Shown: positions 20,743 through 32,160 of the stretch, piece by piece
Position numbering within the stretch: the stretch's first letter is position 1
Layout of the letters: each line of letters begins with the position of its first letter
Assembly (NCBI GenBank): GCA_963769935.1
Contig: CAVYNY010000022.1
Coordinates: 1-64,000 of the forward strand
Origin: an uncultured delta proteobacterium
GTDB taxonomy: Bacteria; Desulfobacterota; Desulfobacteria; Desulfobacterales; JAFDCJ01
Direction: 5' to 3'
Length of the DNA: 64,000 bases
Notes under the pieces: generated by a model
The model's database searches: none
Seen by the model: only the letters and a program-made list of their open reading frames with translations
What the model was told of the DNA's origin: nothing
Position numbers and translations under genes: made by a program

Positions 20743-22068
20743 GTGGATTGCATTTTAGCCATAGACGTCGGGACCCAATCGTTAAGAGCCTGTATCATGG
20801 ATTCAAAGTTATCGGTCCTGGCCAGGCAACAGGTTCATTATACACCCCGGGTCATCTCCCGCGATAAGGTTGAAATCGATGCCGAAATCCTGTGGGAGGC
20901 CCTGGTTCAAGCCTGCCGCAAATTAACCCACAAAGACAGGGTGCAGGTGATCACCCTCTCGACCCTTTGTCCCTCCCTGCTGCCGATGAATGCCGCCGGC
21001 AACCCTCTGCGACCGATTATTCTCCACCTGGATCGTCGGAGTTATGAACAGGCGCAATGGGCTTTGCAAAGGGTCGGCGAAGAGCAGTTTTTAAACATTG
21101 CGGGAAATTTGCCGGTGCCGGGAGGCATTTCCGTAACCAGCCTGCTTTGGATCAGGGACCGCGAGCCGGAAATATACTCAAAAAAAGGTGTCTGTTTCGG
21201 GCACGCCGTCACATTTTTTATGAAACGGCTGACGAATCGCTTTGTCATTGATCCGTCCAATGCCTCTTTCACCGGCTTGTACGACACCGTCGGTTATGGC
21301 GATTGGGATGAGAGGCTGTATGGGCCGCTCGGTATCGACAGGCGTAAACTGCCTGATGTGTTGCTGTCCACTGCTATTGCCGGGGAACTTGCAGATCATG
21401 CGGCGCAGGTTCTTGGATTGCCCGGAAATATTCCGGTCAACATCGGCGCCAACGACACCACCTGCGCCACGGTGGGTGCCGGTGTAACCGAAGCCGGCGA
21501 CATCATGAACACTTCCGGTACCGTCGAAATCCTGGTGCTGTGTTTGGCAAAGCCCATCGTCTCCGAAAACCATCTGCTTAGAACCCATGCCTATCCCGGC
21601 CGCTGGCTGGCAATGCGGACGGTCGGCGCCGGCGGAGCTTCCCTGGAATGGTTCCGTGTGAATTTTTGTAAAGAAATGACCAAAGAGACGTTTTATGGGG
21701 ATTATCTCAAAGAAGTCTTAGCGCCTGATAAAGTGCCTGAAGCCAGGTTCTATCCTTATTTAACCGGCGACCGGCACCGGATCAGGCGCAAAAGCGCAGC
21801 CTTCACCCGCCTGACGCTGAACACCAACCGCGATGATCTCCTGCTGGCGCTGGTTCACGGAATCATTTCATTTCAGATCGAAAGTATTTCCGAATGGAAA
21901 AAGCGTGTTCAGCTGTCAACCGAAATATATCATGTGGGCGGCGGCGCCAGCGATGCCTACACCGGGTACAAGCAGAGCATGTTGAAAGACTTTCGTTTCG
22001 TGCAGCTGGGTGAAACCACCCTGGCCGGTGCAGCCAAGCTGGCGCTGGATGCAATAGGGAAAGACTGA
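20743..22068 (+). CDS. FGGY-family carbohydrate kinase
   Basis: ILAIDVGTQSLRA, DPSNASFTGLYD, GANDT, YPYLTGDR. Confidence 0.88.
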   Translation: MDCILAIDVGTQSLRACIMDSKLSVLARQQVHYTPRVISRDKVEIDAEILWEALVQACRKLTHKDRVQVITLSTLCPSLLPMNAAGNPLRPIILHLDRRSYEQAQWALQRVGEEQFLNIAGNLPVPGGISVTSLLWIRDREPEIYSKKGVCFGHAVTFFMKRLTNRFVIDPSNASFTGLYDTVGYGDWDERLYGPLGIDRRKLPDVLLSTAIAGELADHAAQVLGLPGNIPVNIGANDTTCATVGAGVTEAGDIMNTSGTVEILVLCLAKPIVSENHLLRTHAYPGRWLAMRTVGAGGASLEWFRVNFCKEMTKETFYGDYLKEVLAPDKVPEARFYPYLTGDRHRIRRKSAAFTRLTLNTNRDDLLLALVHGIISFQIESISEWKKRVQLSTEIYHVGGGASDAYTGYKQSMLKDFRFVQLGETTLAGAAKLALDAIGKD

Positions 22069-22072
22069 TTTG

Positions 22073-22993
22073 CTATCGGTTTCTCTCAACGAGCAAAGCT
22101 ATTGCCAGGGCGCTGATTACCAGAACCAGGGCTGCGGTTTCATTTAATCCGACCGGTTCGTGCAGGATTACGGCACTGCTGAAAACCCCGACGACCGGAA
22201 TGGCCAGGGTGCTGATGGCGGCGATGCTGGCCGGGAAGATGCGAACCAGACTGAAATACGCCCAATGGCAGTAAATCATGGGGAACGCAATAATGTAGGC
22301 CAGGGCGGTTATAGCGCTTGTGGAAATCTGAAAAGAAGCACTGACCGGCTCCATTAACAGCGCACCGATGACGACCGGGATGCTTCCCAGCAAGAGCTGC
22401 CAGCCCGCGAGGACGGTGGTGGGCGTATGCCACCCGGTGCGCTTGATAAGAACAGTGCCGGTTGCCCATGACATTGCGGCACCCACCATTAACATGGCTC
22501 CCACGGGAGCCGCGCCGACTGCCGCCAACTCAGGCCAAATTAAAAGCGCAAGCCCGCCGAGTCCGATACCCAGCGCAATGACGCGCGCCGGGGTTATGCG
22601 CTCCTTTAAAATGATTTTGCTGAGCACCGTGGCCCACAGCGGCATGGTAAACGCTATGATCACGGCCCGGCTGGCATTCATCCGCATAACGCCATGCGCT
22701 GAAAGCAAATGCCACCCGGTAACGTTAAAGAGCGCCACCAGACACAGGGGTTTTAGCTCCTGCAAGGGCAGTTTCAGTTTAAAGCCGTTTGCTTTGGCCA
22801 GAATCAGAAGGCCGATCCCGCTCAATACCAGGCAGTACGTGCGGAATGTCCAGGGGGGGATCTCATTGACGCAAATTTTGATCGCCGGCCAGGCCATTCC
22901 CCAGAACACGCTCAGAGAAACAAGCAGCAGAATGCCTTTGCGAGGCAGCGCACTGTCTTCCGTAACAGAAGTATGGTATGCTTGATGTGCCAA
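22073..22993 (-). CDS. EamA/DMT family transporter
   Basis: ~10 TM; FWGMAWPAIK, FTMPLW...ILKER, ILHEP. Confidence 0.88.
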   Translation of the reverse strand: MAHQAYHTSVTEDSALPRKGILLLVSLSVFWGMAWPAIKICVNEIPPWTFRTYCLVLSGIGLLILAKANGFKLKLPLQELKPLCLVALFNVTGWHLLSAHGVMRMNASRAVIIAFTMPLWATVLSKIILKERITPARVIALGIGLGGLALLIWPELAAVGAAPVGAMLMVGAAMSWATGTVLIKRTGWHTPTTVLAGWQLLLGSIPVVIGALLMEPVSASFQISTSAITALAYIIAFPMIYCHWAYFSLVRIFPASIAAISTLAIPVVGVFSSAVILHEPVGLNETAALVLVISALAIALLVERNR

Positions 22994-23204
22994 ACCGGTT
23001 CTCCGGGAATTTCATTATATCAATGCGTACACCGGTTTTTTTTCCGATCAATACGCGGATGGATCCAGACACAGGTGGTTCAGGTGGACCTGCATTGGAA
23101 AGCAGTTCCTTAGCAGTGATTTTAGAAGATGACAACATTTATTGACCTCTTTTTTCAATGGCATCAAGTTTCGGCAAGTTATATAAATTTCGAGACGTTT
23201 AACT

Positions 23205-24122
23205 ATGCGACCATTAGCCTTAATTGCCAGTATCGTCACCGCGCTTCAAGCCGTTTTCGGCTTGATTTATGGTTCAATCATCTGTCCGAATTCGGGCTGT
23301 AAAATCGTCGAGACCCTGACGACCATTCGACCATTGTACCTGAATCTGATGGGGTTAATCTTTTTTCAGGCCGTCTTTTGGATATTGCATGTATCAAAAG
23401 GCAAAGCCAAATCCCGGATGGATCTGCTCGGAGTATTGCTTATCAGCGGCTTGGTGTTCGAATCGGCCCTTTTAGCATATCAGGTATTTGTGGCGCGAAC
23501 TTTTTGCGGCTATTGCCTGTTGATCTTTGGGTTTGTTCTGGCCTTAAACCTCCTTTACGGCAAACGGCAAATGGTTGCCGGTGTTGCCGTTTTGGCAGCG
23601 GCGGTTTTTTCATTTTCGATATTAACCTTTGTGCCGACCGCCGTGCTGTCCCAAGCAGAACCTTTGAAATCAGCAGCTTACGGGCTAAAATCCTGCTCGG
23701 CACCCAGCAAGGAAATCTACCTGATATTTTCAGCCAACTGCCCCTATTGTGAGAACGTGCTTGAAACCCTGAGCAACTGCAACAGCTGCGATCTGTATTT
23801 AAACCCGATCGACAAGGTGGCTTCGATCAAAAATATCGAATTTGCACCGAATCCGAATTTCTCACCGGCAACGAACCGTCTCGTTCTGGCTGCCCTGGGC
23901 ATCGACAGCGTACCGGTCCTGGTCGTTAAAAGCGCTGAAGGGTTAAGGCTTATCAAAGGCGAACGACAGATTGTGAACTATGTACGCCACGCCTGTTTTA
24001 CCGAGGCGGATGTCATGTATTTTGAAAAAAATGTGGTTCCCGGTCGCGATGAATTTACCGTGCTGACCGAGCAGGAGGGAGAATGTTCTCTGGCAATAGA
24101 CTGCGATCAACAGGGGAACTAA
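23205..24122 (+). CDS. VKOR-family membrane protein with C-terminal thioredoxin-like domain
   Basis: CPNSGC loop pair, FCGYC, then SANCPYC and SVPVL. Confidence 0.75.
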   Translation: MRPLALIASIVTALQAVFGLIYGSIICPNSGCKIVETLTTIRPLYLNLMGLIFFQAVFWILHVSKGKAKSRMDLLGVLLISGLVFESALLAYQVFVARTFCGYCLLIFGFVLALNLLYGKRQMVAGVAVLAAAVFSFSILTFVPTAVLSQAEPLKSAAYGLKSCSAPSKEIYLIFSANCPYCENVLETLSNCNSCDLYLNPIDKVASIKNIEFAPNPNFSPATNRLVLAALGIDSVPVLVVKSAEGLRLIKGERQIVNYVRHACFTEADVMYFEKNVVPGRDEFTVLTEQEGECSLAIDCDQQGN

Positions 24123-24159
24123 CTCGGCGAGTTCTGCATAGCCCTGAACGCTGCAAATT

Positions 24160-24588
24160 CTAATCAGTGTTTTTGAAGGGGTTGCGCACGCGAATATCGT
24201 GGTAACTCCGACCATCGCTCAGATCTTCGGTAATTATCTCCGTGCATCCTGCACGCTCCGCCGCTGAAACGATTAGAGAATCCCAGTACGAAATCTGATA
24301 TTTTTTGTGGGTGTCAACAGCCCGGTTCACCATAGCCAGATCCACCTCCTGAATAGGCAGCACACTGAGCGTATTGATGATTTCGCCAACTTCGTCAGGG
24401 GTCAGCGGTTGAGGGATATGCCGGGTTGCTGCATTGAAAAACTCGCCCAGCACCTGTACCGACAATACCAGGTTCTCCTGTTCAATGCCGACGGTCAGCA
24501 GTTTCTGAGCCTTGCCTTGCTTCTGAGGATCATGGGTGTCGAACGCGTAAACTAATATGTTTGTATCCAAGAAAAATCTATCGCTCAT
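24160..24588 (-). CDS. PIN-domain toxin (VapC-like)
   Basis: FLDTNILVYA, QVLGEF, SYWDSLIV, TEDL. Confidence 0.9.
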   Translation of the reverse strand: MSDRFFLDTNILVYAFDTHDPQKQGKAQKLLTVGIEQENLVLSVQVLGEFFNAATRHIPQPLTPDEVGEIINTLSVLPIQEVDLAMVNRAVDTHKKYQISYWDSLIVSAAERAGCTEIITEDLSDGRSYHDIRVRNPFKNTD

Positions 24589-24811
24589 GCAAATCCTCCC
24601 GCGACCATTTGCGCTGCCCAATGTCTCTGCTGAATTTTTTGAACGACTTGCGGAGTTTCTTGATCGCTTCATTTTTCTCTTGAGTATCCCGGGCAGCCAC
24701 CGACGTTAAATAATCCCTAACCATTGCAGTAAGAGTGGTGTTTTTGTCTATAGCGATTTTGCGGACTTTTTTTATAGTGTCGTCATCGACACTTAGGGTT
24801 ATGTTAGACAC
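24578..24811 (-). CDS. RHH-type antitoxin (DUF6364-like)
   Basis: GTG start with GAAGGGAG; NITLSVDD...KWSREDLHER; overlaps the toxin start. Confidence 0.85.
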   Translation of the reverse strand: MSNITLSVDDDTIKKVRKIAIDKNTTLTAMVRDYLTSVAARDTQEKNEAIKKLRKSFKKFSRDIGQRKWSREDLHER

Positions 24812-24903
24812 TTCAAATCTCCCTTCGACTTGGATATCATAATAACGCCCATAATAAGTTTTAGCCTTATTATGTACGTGCATTATATAAATGTCAATAT
24901 TAG

Positions 24904-26043
24904 AAAAAGATTCCGACTGAAGCCACCATATCACAAATCGAGATCGGCGATAACCCCGGCTACGTTCTTATCTTAAGGGATGTCAACGAACGGTACCAAG
25001 CACAAAAGATGATCGAATCTTTGCGCGATGAAGCCGAATACTTAAAAGATGAAATTCAACAACTGTACGACTTGGGTAAAGTCATCGGGGAAAGTGAGCC
25101 CTTTCGAAGAACACTGCAACTCGTGGCCGAGGTGGCGCCTACGGATTCGACCGTCCTAATTTGCGGAGAGACAGGAACCGGAAAAGAATTGATCGCACGT
25201 GCCATACACGCTGCCAGCCGGCGCAAGGATCGACCGCTGATCACCGTAAACTGCGCGGCCATCCCGGTAGCGTTAATGGAGAGCGAGTTTTTCGGCCATG
25301 AAAAGGGGGCCTTTACAGGCGCCACCCAACGCCGCGAAGGTCGCTTTGCGCTGGCCGACGGCGGAACCATCTTTCTGGACGAAGTGGGTGAGTTGAATAC
25401 GGAACTGCAGGCCAAGCTTCTCAGGGTATTGCAGGAGGGCGAGTTCGACCCGGTGGGAAGTTCACGGACCCGCCGAACCGATGCGCGGGTGATTGCCGCC
25501 ACGAACCGCGACCTGTCGACGGCGGTTCAGGAAGGCAAATTTCGCACCGATTTATACTACCGGCTCAACGTGTTTCCCATCAACATACCGCCGCTGAAGC
25601 AGCGGGGGAATGATGTCCGTTTGTTGGCCGAACACTTTGTCACGAAATTCTCAACCCGCATGGGCCGCACAATCGACCCGCTCGGTAGCGACTGCATCGA
25701 ACGGCTGAAAGCATATGAATGGCCCGGCAACGTACGGGAGCTGCAAAATGTCATTGAACGCAGCGTGATCACTGCCAGACAGGGCCGTGTCAACCTCGAC
25801 CATGCCTTACCGGCGCCTACCAAACCTGCTGATATCGAACTTCCGAATCCTTCAGACCATAAAGTTAAAACTGTTAAAACCGTCCGGCAGCTTCAGCAAC
25901 TGGAGCGTGAGAATCTGGAGCTGGCTTTGGAACAGCCCCATTGGCGAGTCGCCGGCGAAAATGGGGCGGCCCGACTGGTGGGAATACCGCCGTCGACATT
26001 TCAATCGCGCATGAAGGCCCTGGGAATAAAGCGTCCACAATAG
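24904..26043 (+). CDS. Sigma-54 enhancer-binding protein (FhlA-like), N-terminal sensory domain truncated; first ATG 25009
   Basis: GETGTGKE, GAFTGA, WPGNVREL, HTH. In-frame PAS tail (EATISQIEIG...LILRDVNER) follows TAG at 24901. Confidence 0.85.
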   Translation, partial: KKIPTEATISQIEIGDNPGYVLILRDVNERYQAQKMIESLRDEAEYLKDEIQQLYDLGKVIGESEPFRRTLQLVAEVAPTDSTVLICGETGTGKELIARAIHAASRRKDRPLITVNCAAIPVALMESEFFGHEKGAFTGATQRREGRFALADGGTIFLDEVGELNTELQAKLLRVLQEGEFDPVGSSRTRRTDARVIAATNRDLSTAVQEGKFRTDLYYRLNVFPINIPPLKQRGNDVRLLAEHFVTKFSTRMGRTIDPLGSDCIERLKAYEWPGNVRELQNVIERSVITARQGRVNLDHALPAPTKPADIELPNPSDHKVKTVKTVRQLQQLERENLELALEQPHWRVAGENGAARLVGIPPSTFQSRMKALGIKRPQ

Positions 26044-26315
26044 CGTCCGGTACCGAAATCTCGCTATTTCAAGTCACGAAAACTCGCTACTCGCGAAATC
26101 CCGTTGCACCTCGATTCATATAACATATGCCGGTATTCGACACAATCACGAGGGCCGTGCCGGTTTACGTTCAACTCGATAAGTAATATCGTCATCTGTG
26201 CTTTTCGGCCGCGCTATAATGCGCCGGCCGGAAGGCATGAATGCATAAAGCTGCCCCGACATCGGTTTACGTCTGAAATGGACCAGACTCAGGATCAGAC
26301 CGATGAACCTGCCCG

Positions 26316-28484
26316 TCACATGATGTCCAGCATATCCGATAAAAATGCTCGGAAGGCTTTGGGGCCGGATATGCTGAATTTTGCCATCGTATCGGCGACA
26401 TTGCCAACTTTTATACTGAACATTTCAGCATCGTCGCTATGACGAAACATACTTTCATCGGTTTCATCATCGCCGGCACAGAGGATGGAATCGTACTGGT
26501 TGAGCTGCACAAAATGGCGCAGCACAATTCCCTTGTTGAGTTGCATGGAACCGACCTCGACGATTTTTCGACCGTGATGAATTTCAACCGGCATATTTGA
26601 CAGCATTTCATACAGCTCGGCCACAAGCTGGTTCGCCTTCCAGTTTCCGAATTCCGGATCTGAATTCCGGTAATGCCATACGACCGAAGACGTTTTCTCT
26701 TCAATGAAGCTGCCGGGCGTCATGCCCGTATAAAGTTGGAATACATCGATGATTTGATTTTTCCACGAAAGATCCGCCTGGGTGTCAAAAACGACCCACT
26801 CCCCGGCATTGTGATGTCTGTAGTAATACCCATGCTCGGCGATAAGATTGAACCCATACCGGGAGAACCACTGATCCATGTCTTCTTTTTTTCGGCCGCT
26901 GATAAGGTAGACATCCAGATTTTTCTTGGTTTCCAGGCGAGCAAATAATTCTTCGATTTCATTGTCGGGAACCGCATCCTCGGGCTTTTTCTTTATTTCG
27001 GAAATTGTGCCGTCATAGTCCAGAAAAAATGCCCTGTTCTTTGCCCGCAGCAGAGAATCCACCGCTTCAATCGAAATTTCCATCGTATCGGCCGGCAGCC
27101 GGTCCAAATCTGACTTGGCGGTGAGATCTCGAAAAAATGAATCGGCCCAGTATCCGGCATCATATTTTATCACTCGCTCTTTCATGGGCTGAACCATTTT
27201 CTGTTTTTCGGCTTCGGTCAGGCGCAGCGCCTTTTTAAGGGACTGCGCCACTTCATTGATATTATAAGGGTTGACAATAAGTGAATTCGGCAGTTCCTGA
27301 GCGGCTCCGGCAAACTCGCTGAGGATGAGCACCCCGCCGTCGGCCTGCTGGCAGGCCAGATATTCTTTTGCCACCAGGTTCATGCCGTCGATCAGGGGGG
27401 TGACCATGGCCACATCCGCCAAAGAATAAAGGGCGCACAACTCACTGAAACCGACCGATTTGTGAATGAAGTGGACGGGGACATTGCTGATCGTCGCGTA
27501 TTTGCCGTTGATGGAGCCGACTTTGACCTGCAATTCTTCCAGCAATTTTTGATATTCGGGCACGCTGGTCCTGGACGGTATGTTGATAAAAATAAAAACG
27601 ATTTCCTCCCGATCGTCCGCCTCGCTAAGGTAGCGCTCGATGGCATCCAGCCGGCGCGGTATCCCCTTGGAATAGTCGAGACGTTCAACACTCAATACAA
27701 TTTTTTTGCCCTGATAATTTTCTTTATATTCCTTATAGCATTTCATATATTCATCGGATTGTAATTCCCGCAAAAATTTCGCCGAATTGATCCCGATCGG
27801 ATAAACACCGATGCCGGTTTTGTGCCTTTCCTGGACGACATGATCAATCTCCGATTCCAGGCCCAGCAATCTGAGGATAGTGCTGCGAAAGTGTCTGAGA
27901 TAACCGAAGGTCTGAAAGCCGATCAAATTCGCACCCAGCACGCCCTCGAGCAGCTCTTCGCGGTTTGGGTGACAGCGGAATAATTCGTAGGAAGGAAACG
28001 GTGTATGCAAAAAAAATCCGATCTTCAGATCCGTACGTATTTGCCTGAGATATGAGGGCAGCAGAAACAGGTGGTAGTCATGAACCCAGATGGTATCCCC
28101 TTCCTTAGCCAAACCCAGGACGGTGTCGGCAAACAGCCGGTTGATTTTTTGATAGGTTTGCCACCAGCGCTCCTCATAGCGGGCATACGGCGAAACATAA
28201 TGCAGCAACGGCCACAGACTCGAGTTGGAGAAACCGGTGTAGTAATCATCGGCGTCCTGTCTGCTTAAAAATAGCGGAATATAGTTGAACCTTTCGGCGA
28301 GCTCGGCGGCAATTTTTGCTTGTTGAGCAGGATCGCTCACAACCCCGCCGGCCCAGCCGACCCATTTAAGATCGTAGCTGTCGCCGAGACCTTCCATGGC
28401 ATAGACAAGACCGCCTGAAGACTTCTCTATCGTCCGGCCGATGGTCACCGGCAATCTGTTGGACACTATGATTAACGATTCCAT
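26316..28484 (-). CDS. otsAB: Bifunctional trehalose-6-phosphate synthase/phosphatase (OtsA-OtsB fusion)
   Basis: [32 protein letters not shown], then HAD motifs FLDYDGT and GDDETDE. Confidence 0.95.
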   Translation of the reverse strand: MESLIIVSNRLPVTIGRTIEKSSGGLVYAMEGLGDSYDLKWVGWAGGVVSDPAQQAKIAAELAERFNYIPLFLSRQDADDYYTGFSNSSLWPLLHYVSPYARYEERWWQTYQKINRLFADTVLGLAKEGDTIWVHDYHLFLLPSYLRQIRTDLKIGFFLHTPFPSYELFRCHPNREELLEGVLGANLIGFQTFGYLRHFRSTILRLLGLESEIDHVVQERHKTGIGVYPIGINSAKFLRELQSDEYMKCYKEYKENYQGKKIVLSVERLDYSKGIPRRLDAIERYLSEADDREEIVFIFINIPSRTSVPEYQKLLEELQVKVGSINGKYATISNVPVHFIHKSVGFSELCALYSLADVAMVTPLIDGMNLVAKEYLACQQADGGVLILSEFAGAAQELPNSLIVNPYNINEVAQSLKKALRLTEAEKQKMVQPMKERVIKYDAGYWADSFFRDLTAKSDLDRLPADTMEISIEAVDSLLRAKNRAFFLDYDGTISEIKKKPEDAVPDNEIEELFARLETKKNLDVYLISGRKKEDMDQWFSRYGFNLIAEHGYYYRHHNAGEWVVFDTQADLSWKNQIIDVFQLYTGMTPGSFIEEKTSSVVWHYRNSDPEFGNWKANQLVAELYEMLSNMPVEIHHGRKIVEVGSMQLNKGIVLRHFVQLNQYDSILCAGDDETDESMFRHSDDAEMFSIKVGNVADTMAKFSISGPKAFRAFLSDMLDIM

Positions 28485-28546
28485 AAAAATGCGCTCTAAG
28501 GGCTCACTCAAAAATAATTTCACATTTTATACGCCGCTGCATCCCG

Positions 28547-28615
28547 ACCGGCTGCGTTGCGAAAGCTCGGAATCCGCCGCGGCGGATTCCTGCGTTTTCG
28601 CGCCTTGCAGGCCGG
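28547..28615. repeat. Long GC-rich hairpin (REP-like) with a perfect 22-bp palindrome core
   Basis: GGAATCCGCCGCGGCGGATTCC at 28569-28590 with pairing flanks; core variant near 59340. Confidence 0.65.
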
Positions 28616-28781
28616 GCGCCTCAACGCCAAAAACTGTGAATCAATTTTTTCGTGAACCCCAAGCTTTCTCCGGTATCAAAAAATAGGAAAACTCCTTATT
28701 TGATTACAGACACGGAGTCTTTGGAGAGAATACCCCCGGTCCTGAAGTTCTAAATAAGTTACAACTCGCATTAAATTATTG

Positions 28782-28803
28782 CAATGGGGTCAATTCAGTA
28801 TTT
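28782..28803 (-). promoter_or_regulatory. 22-bp NarL-type box upstream of otsAB
   Basis: AAATACTGAATTGACCCCATTG; TAACTT 20 nt downstream; CAATAC 22 bp upstream. Confidence 0.7.
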
Positions 28804-29041
28804 TAGAGCGCATGGCGGTGTATTGTCCTGTATTATTCTAAAAATTTTCCCCACGCGCTCGCAAATCCTTGTGAAGAGAACCCGGATACCGGTCTTTCCG
28901 CCACGGTTCAAGTAGCCGACAAGCCGGCCGAGTGAAATTCGAGGTTAAAATCGAAGGTAAGATCAAGAGGACAGTGGACGGTTATATGTTATCGGAACTA
29001 TGAACAATATTAGGATCGTTGAAACTTATCGGAAGGTAAGG

Positions 29042-29068
29042 AAGGCGGACAAAAAACCTGTCCGCCTT
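29042..29068 (-). terminator. Hairpin after the superoxide reductase gene
   Basis: AAGGCGGACA-N7-TGTCCGCCTT. Confidence 0.55.
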
Positions 29069-29083
29069 GCTCATAAATCGGAT

Positions 29084-29479
29084 TTACTTAACCTTGATGG
29101 CCTTGGAGCTCTCCCACAAACCGTGGACGTTGCAAAGCGCGGTAGCCAGCAGCGTGCCGGGTTTGCTGGTTTTCATACTGCCGACCGCGGAATGATTGGT
29201 GTACACCGGTCCCTTGTCGGCACCCTCCGCCGATTCACCGTGGGCGGTGAATTCAAAATTGCCCACCTGGTAGGTGAATTTGTCACCCTCAGGTTTGAAA
29301 TAAAGCTGGATCCAGCGGATGTGATGACCGGTGGTGTTGGGATGCGCCACCTCTTTTCCTAAAGTGACGGTAACGTTGAATATTTCGTCTGCCGCCACTT
29401 CATCCGGGCAATCGATCACCGGAACGTGTTTTTCGGATTTCCAGTCGGCCGTCTGAAACTGCTCGCCAATTTTTGTCAT
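29084..29479 (-). CDS. sor: Superoxide reductase (neelaredoxin-type, single Fe)
   Basis: EKHVP, HPNTTGHHI, CNVHG. Confidence 0.93.
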   Translation of the reverse strand: MTKIGEQFQTADWKSEKHVPVIDCPDEVAADEIFNVTVTLGKEVAHPNTTGHHIRWIQLYFKPEGDKFTYQVGNFEFTAHGESAEGADKGPVYTNHSAVGSMKTSKPGTLLATALCNVHGLWESSKAIKVK

Positions 29480-29697
29480 GGTTTACCTCCTTGCGGTTAA
29501 ATGATGGTTGTGATTTGCCCTTTGAGTTCAGAGCCCAGGGTTCTGGGTTTGGAGCATAGCCCCTGTCGCTTCCCAGTTTTTCATCTTTCCAGCATTTTTA
29601 ATCTGTCTTCCGTCCTCTGTCTTCTGTTATCTGACTTCTGACATTATTTTCTAATAGCCAATAACAAACAACTTCCACCCTGCTCCCACCTTCGTTG

Positions 29698-31623
29698 TTA
29701 ATTCTCCGTCTCTTCGGCGCCCGCCAGGATTTTGTCCACCTCCTCCCGCGTCAGGGTCTCCTGCTTCAGCAGTTCGTTCGCCAGGGCTTCCAGTTGTTGC
29801 CGGTTGTCCGAAAGGGTTTTTCCGGCTTTTTGCTCCATTTCGTTGACAATCTTCTGAATTTCCTCATCAATCAGCTGAGCCGTGTGTTCGCTGAAGTTCT
29901 TGGGTTGGGTCAGCTCCCGCCCCAGAAACGGGTGCGGTTCGCCTTGCTGAAAGGTCACCAGCCCCAACTTTTCGCTCATTCCCCACTGGCAGACCATGCG
30001 GCGGGCCAGCTGGGTGGCTTTTTTGAGATCGTCGCCGGCGCCGGTGGAAACATCGTCGAATACTATTTTTTCAGCTGTCCGGCCGCCCAGCATAATGGCA
30101 ATCCTGTTGAGCAGGTAGCTGCGTTTGAGATTGTGTCGATCCTCTTCGGGGATTTGCTCCGTGGCTCCCAGCGTCCGGCCACGCGGGATAATGGACACTT
30201 TTTGAAGCGGATCGGCCCCCGGCAGCAGTTCAGCCAGCAGGGCATGTCCCGATTCATGGTAAGCGATTACTTTCTTCTCCTCGTCGTTGATCACATCGTC
30301 GCGTTCAATTCCCATCAGAATTTTATCGCGGGCCTGGTCGAAGTCCTCATCGGCAACCTTCTCCTTTTCCTTGCGGGCGGCCAGCAGTGCGGCTTCATTG
30401 ACCAGATTTTTCAGATCCGCGCCGGATAAGCCGACGGTTCTTTCGGCCAGAGTCTCCAGGTCCACGTCATTGGCCAGGGGGACTTTGCGGGTATGGGTCT
30501 GCAGGATCTTGCGGCGGGCTTCCTTCTGGGGCATATCCAGGGTGATGCGCCGATCGAAACGGCCCGGACGCACCAGGGCGGGGTCGAGCACATCCGGACG
30601 GTTGGTGGCCGCCATGACCACTACGGATTCATGGGGCGAGAAACCGTCCATTTCAGCCAGGATCTGGTTCAGGGTTTGTTCACGCTCATCGTGTCCGCCG
30701 CCCAGGCCCGTGCCGCGCACCCGGCCGATGGAGTCGATTTCATCGATGAAAATGATGGTTGGAGCGTCTTTTTTAGCCTTCTTGAACATGTCCCGCACCC
30801 GGGAAGCACCCACCCCGACAAACATCTCGATGAATTCGGACCCGCTGATGCTGTAGAAGGGTACCTCGGCCTCACCGGCGGTGGCCTGGGCCATCAGAGT
30901 CTTGCCGACCCCCGGCGGTCCCACCAAAAGAATTCCCCTAGGCAGTTCACCGCCCAGCTTTTGGAATCTGGACGGGTCCCGCAGGTAGGCCACAATTTCC
31001 TGCAGTTCTTTTTTGGCGTTGTCCAGACCGGCCACATCGTTGTAGCGAACCTTGCTGCTCTTTTTATCGAACAATCTGGCCTTGGATTTGGCAAAACCGA
31101 AGATTCCGCCGCCACCGCCGCCCATCATGCGTTCCTGCATTTTTTTGCTGGCATAGAAAAACAACCCGAAAATCAGCAGCCAGGGCAGCAGGGTGATGAC
31201 CAGGGTCCCGAACCAGGAGCGCCGCTGGGTTTCAGCCCGGATGTTCACATCATTTTTTTCGAGCAGCGGCAGTAGTTCGGGGTCCTGCAGGGCCGGTTTG
31301 GTGGTTTGAAAGTAGTTGGGCTGTGACTCGTTTCCCTGAAAGAGTTGCAGGAACGAATTGCCTTTTTGAGGCTGCTTCTGTTCCTGATCGCTTTTCTCCT
31401 GTTTGAATTTGCCGCTGATCTGATTGCCCTTGATTGTGATTTCAGTCACCATGCCGCTGCCGACTTTCTTTTTAAAATCCGTATACGAAATTGATTTGGT
31501 GGATTGAGCCGGCTCGAACCCACGGAAAAGAAAAATCAGAAACATCCACACCACTAAAAACCAGATAATATGCCGCCAGTTAAAGGATGGCTTTCCAAAT
31601 GGCTGTTGCATTTTGTTGTTCAT
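29698..31623 (-). CDS. ftsH: ATP-dependent zinc metalloprotease FtsH
   Basis: Two TMs, [26 protein letters not shown]. Confidence 0.96.
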   Translation of the reverse strand: MNNKMQQPFGKPSFNWRHIIWFLVVWMFLIFLFRGFEPAQSTKSISYTDFKKKVGSGMVTEITIKGNQISGKFKQEKSDQEQKQPQKGNSFLQLFQGNESQPNYFQTTKPALQDPELLPLLEKNDVNIRAETQRRSWFGTLVITLLPWLLIFGLFFYASKKMQERMMGGGGGGIFGFAKSKARLFDKKSSKVRYNDVAGLDNAKKELQEIVAYLRDPSRFQKLGGELPRGILLVGPPGVGKTLMAQATAGEAEVPFYSISGSEFIEMFVGVGASRVRDMFKKAKKDAPTIIFIDEIDSIGRVRGTGLGGGHDEREQTLNQILAEMDGFSPHESVVVMAATNRPDVLDPALVRPGRFDRRITLDMPQKEARRKILQTHTRKVPLANDVDLETLAERTVGLSGADLKNLVNEAALLAARKEKEKVADEDFDQARDKILMGIERDDVINDEEKKVIAYHESGHALLAELLPGADPLQKVSIIPRGRTLGATEQIPEEDRHNLKRSYLLNRIAIMLGGRTAEKIVFDDVSTGAGDDLKKATQLARRMVCQWGMSEKLGLVTFQQGEPHPFLGRELTQPKNFSEHTAQLIDEEIQKIVNEMEQKAGKTLSDNRQQLEALANELLKQETLTREEVDKILAGAEETEN

Positions 31624-31688
31624 GTTTTTTATCTGTCGTTGGTTGATAGCAAGTTTTTTAAATTTTTATGCAATTTATCCTCTAAAAG

Positions 31689-31710
31689 GAATACGGTATT
31701 GGCAGTATTT
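31689..31710 (-). promoter_or_regulatory. 22-bp box upstream of ftsH
   Basis: AAATACTGCCAATACCGTATTC. Confidence 0.55.
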
Positions 31711-31838
31711 CGTCCGCGTAACACCCGCATTGTGAAACGGGTTTTCCACGTTATTGATCTGCGTATTTCCCACTCCTCCAATTAACAAGTGAAAGGAAAG
31801 GTCAATGATGCTGCCGTTCAGTAAGGTCCAGAATGTAT

Positions 31839-32160
31839 TTTATTCCAACATTGAGAACCTGGTTCTCCCTCCGGGCTGTAGGCCCTACGGGCCGGAAGCC
31901 GGGCCAGGTCATAGGAAATTGGCTTGGCCGTTACGTAAGCCGTGGAGTGATGGAATATTGGAATGTTGGAATACTGGGTTTGGCGGAATTAGATCTTTTT
32001 TATGTAGCTGGCAAAGACCAGAAAATAAAATCAGTCCAGCATCCGCTTTTGATCCCCAGTATTCCATTATTCCATGGGTTCTCGAACGGCCAACACCACC
32101 CCTCCGGGGTGTAGTCAAACCCCGCCTTCGGCGGGGCCTCTGGATCCGGATCTTTATCGG
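31839..32160. repeat. Composite intergenic repeat (MITE-like); 31839-31905 recurs at 42485-42550
   Basis: TTTATTCCAACATTGAGAACCTGG...CCCTCCGGGCTGTAGGCC; internal inverted arms GGAATATTGGAATGTTGGAATACTGGG / CCCAGTATTCCATTATTCC. Confidence 0.7.

Noticed and set aside
28681..28701. Additional operator box AAATAGGAAAACTCCTTATTT
   Set aside because: One base shorter than the others and lacks the downstream -10; not counted, though it may be a variant.
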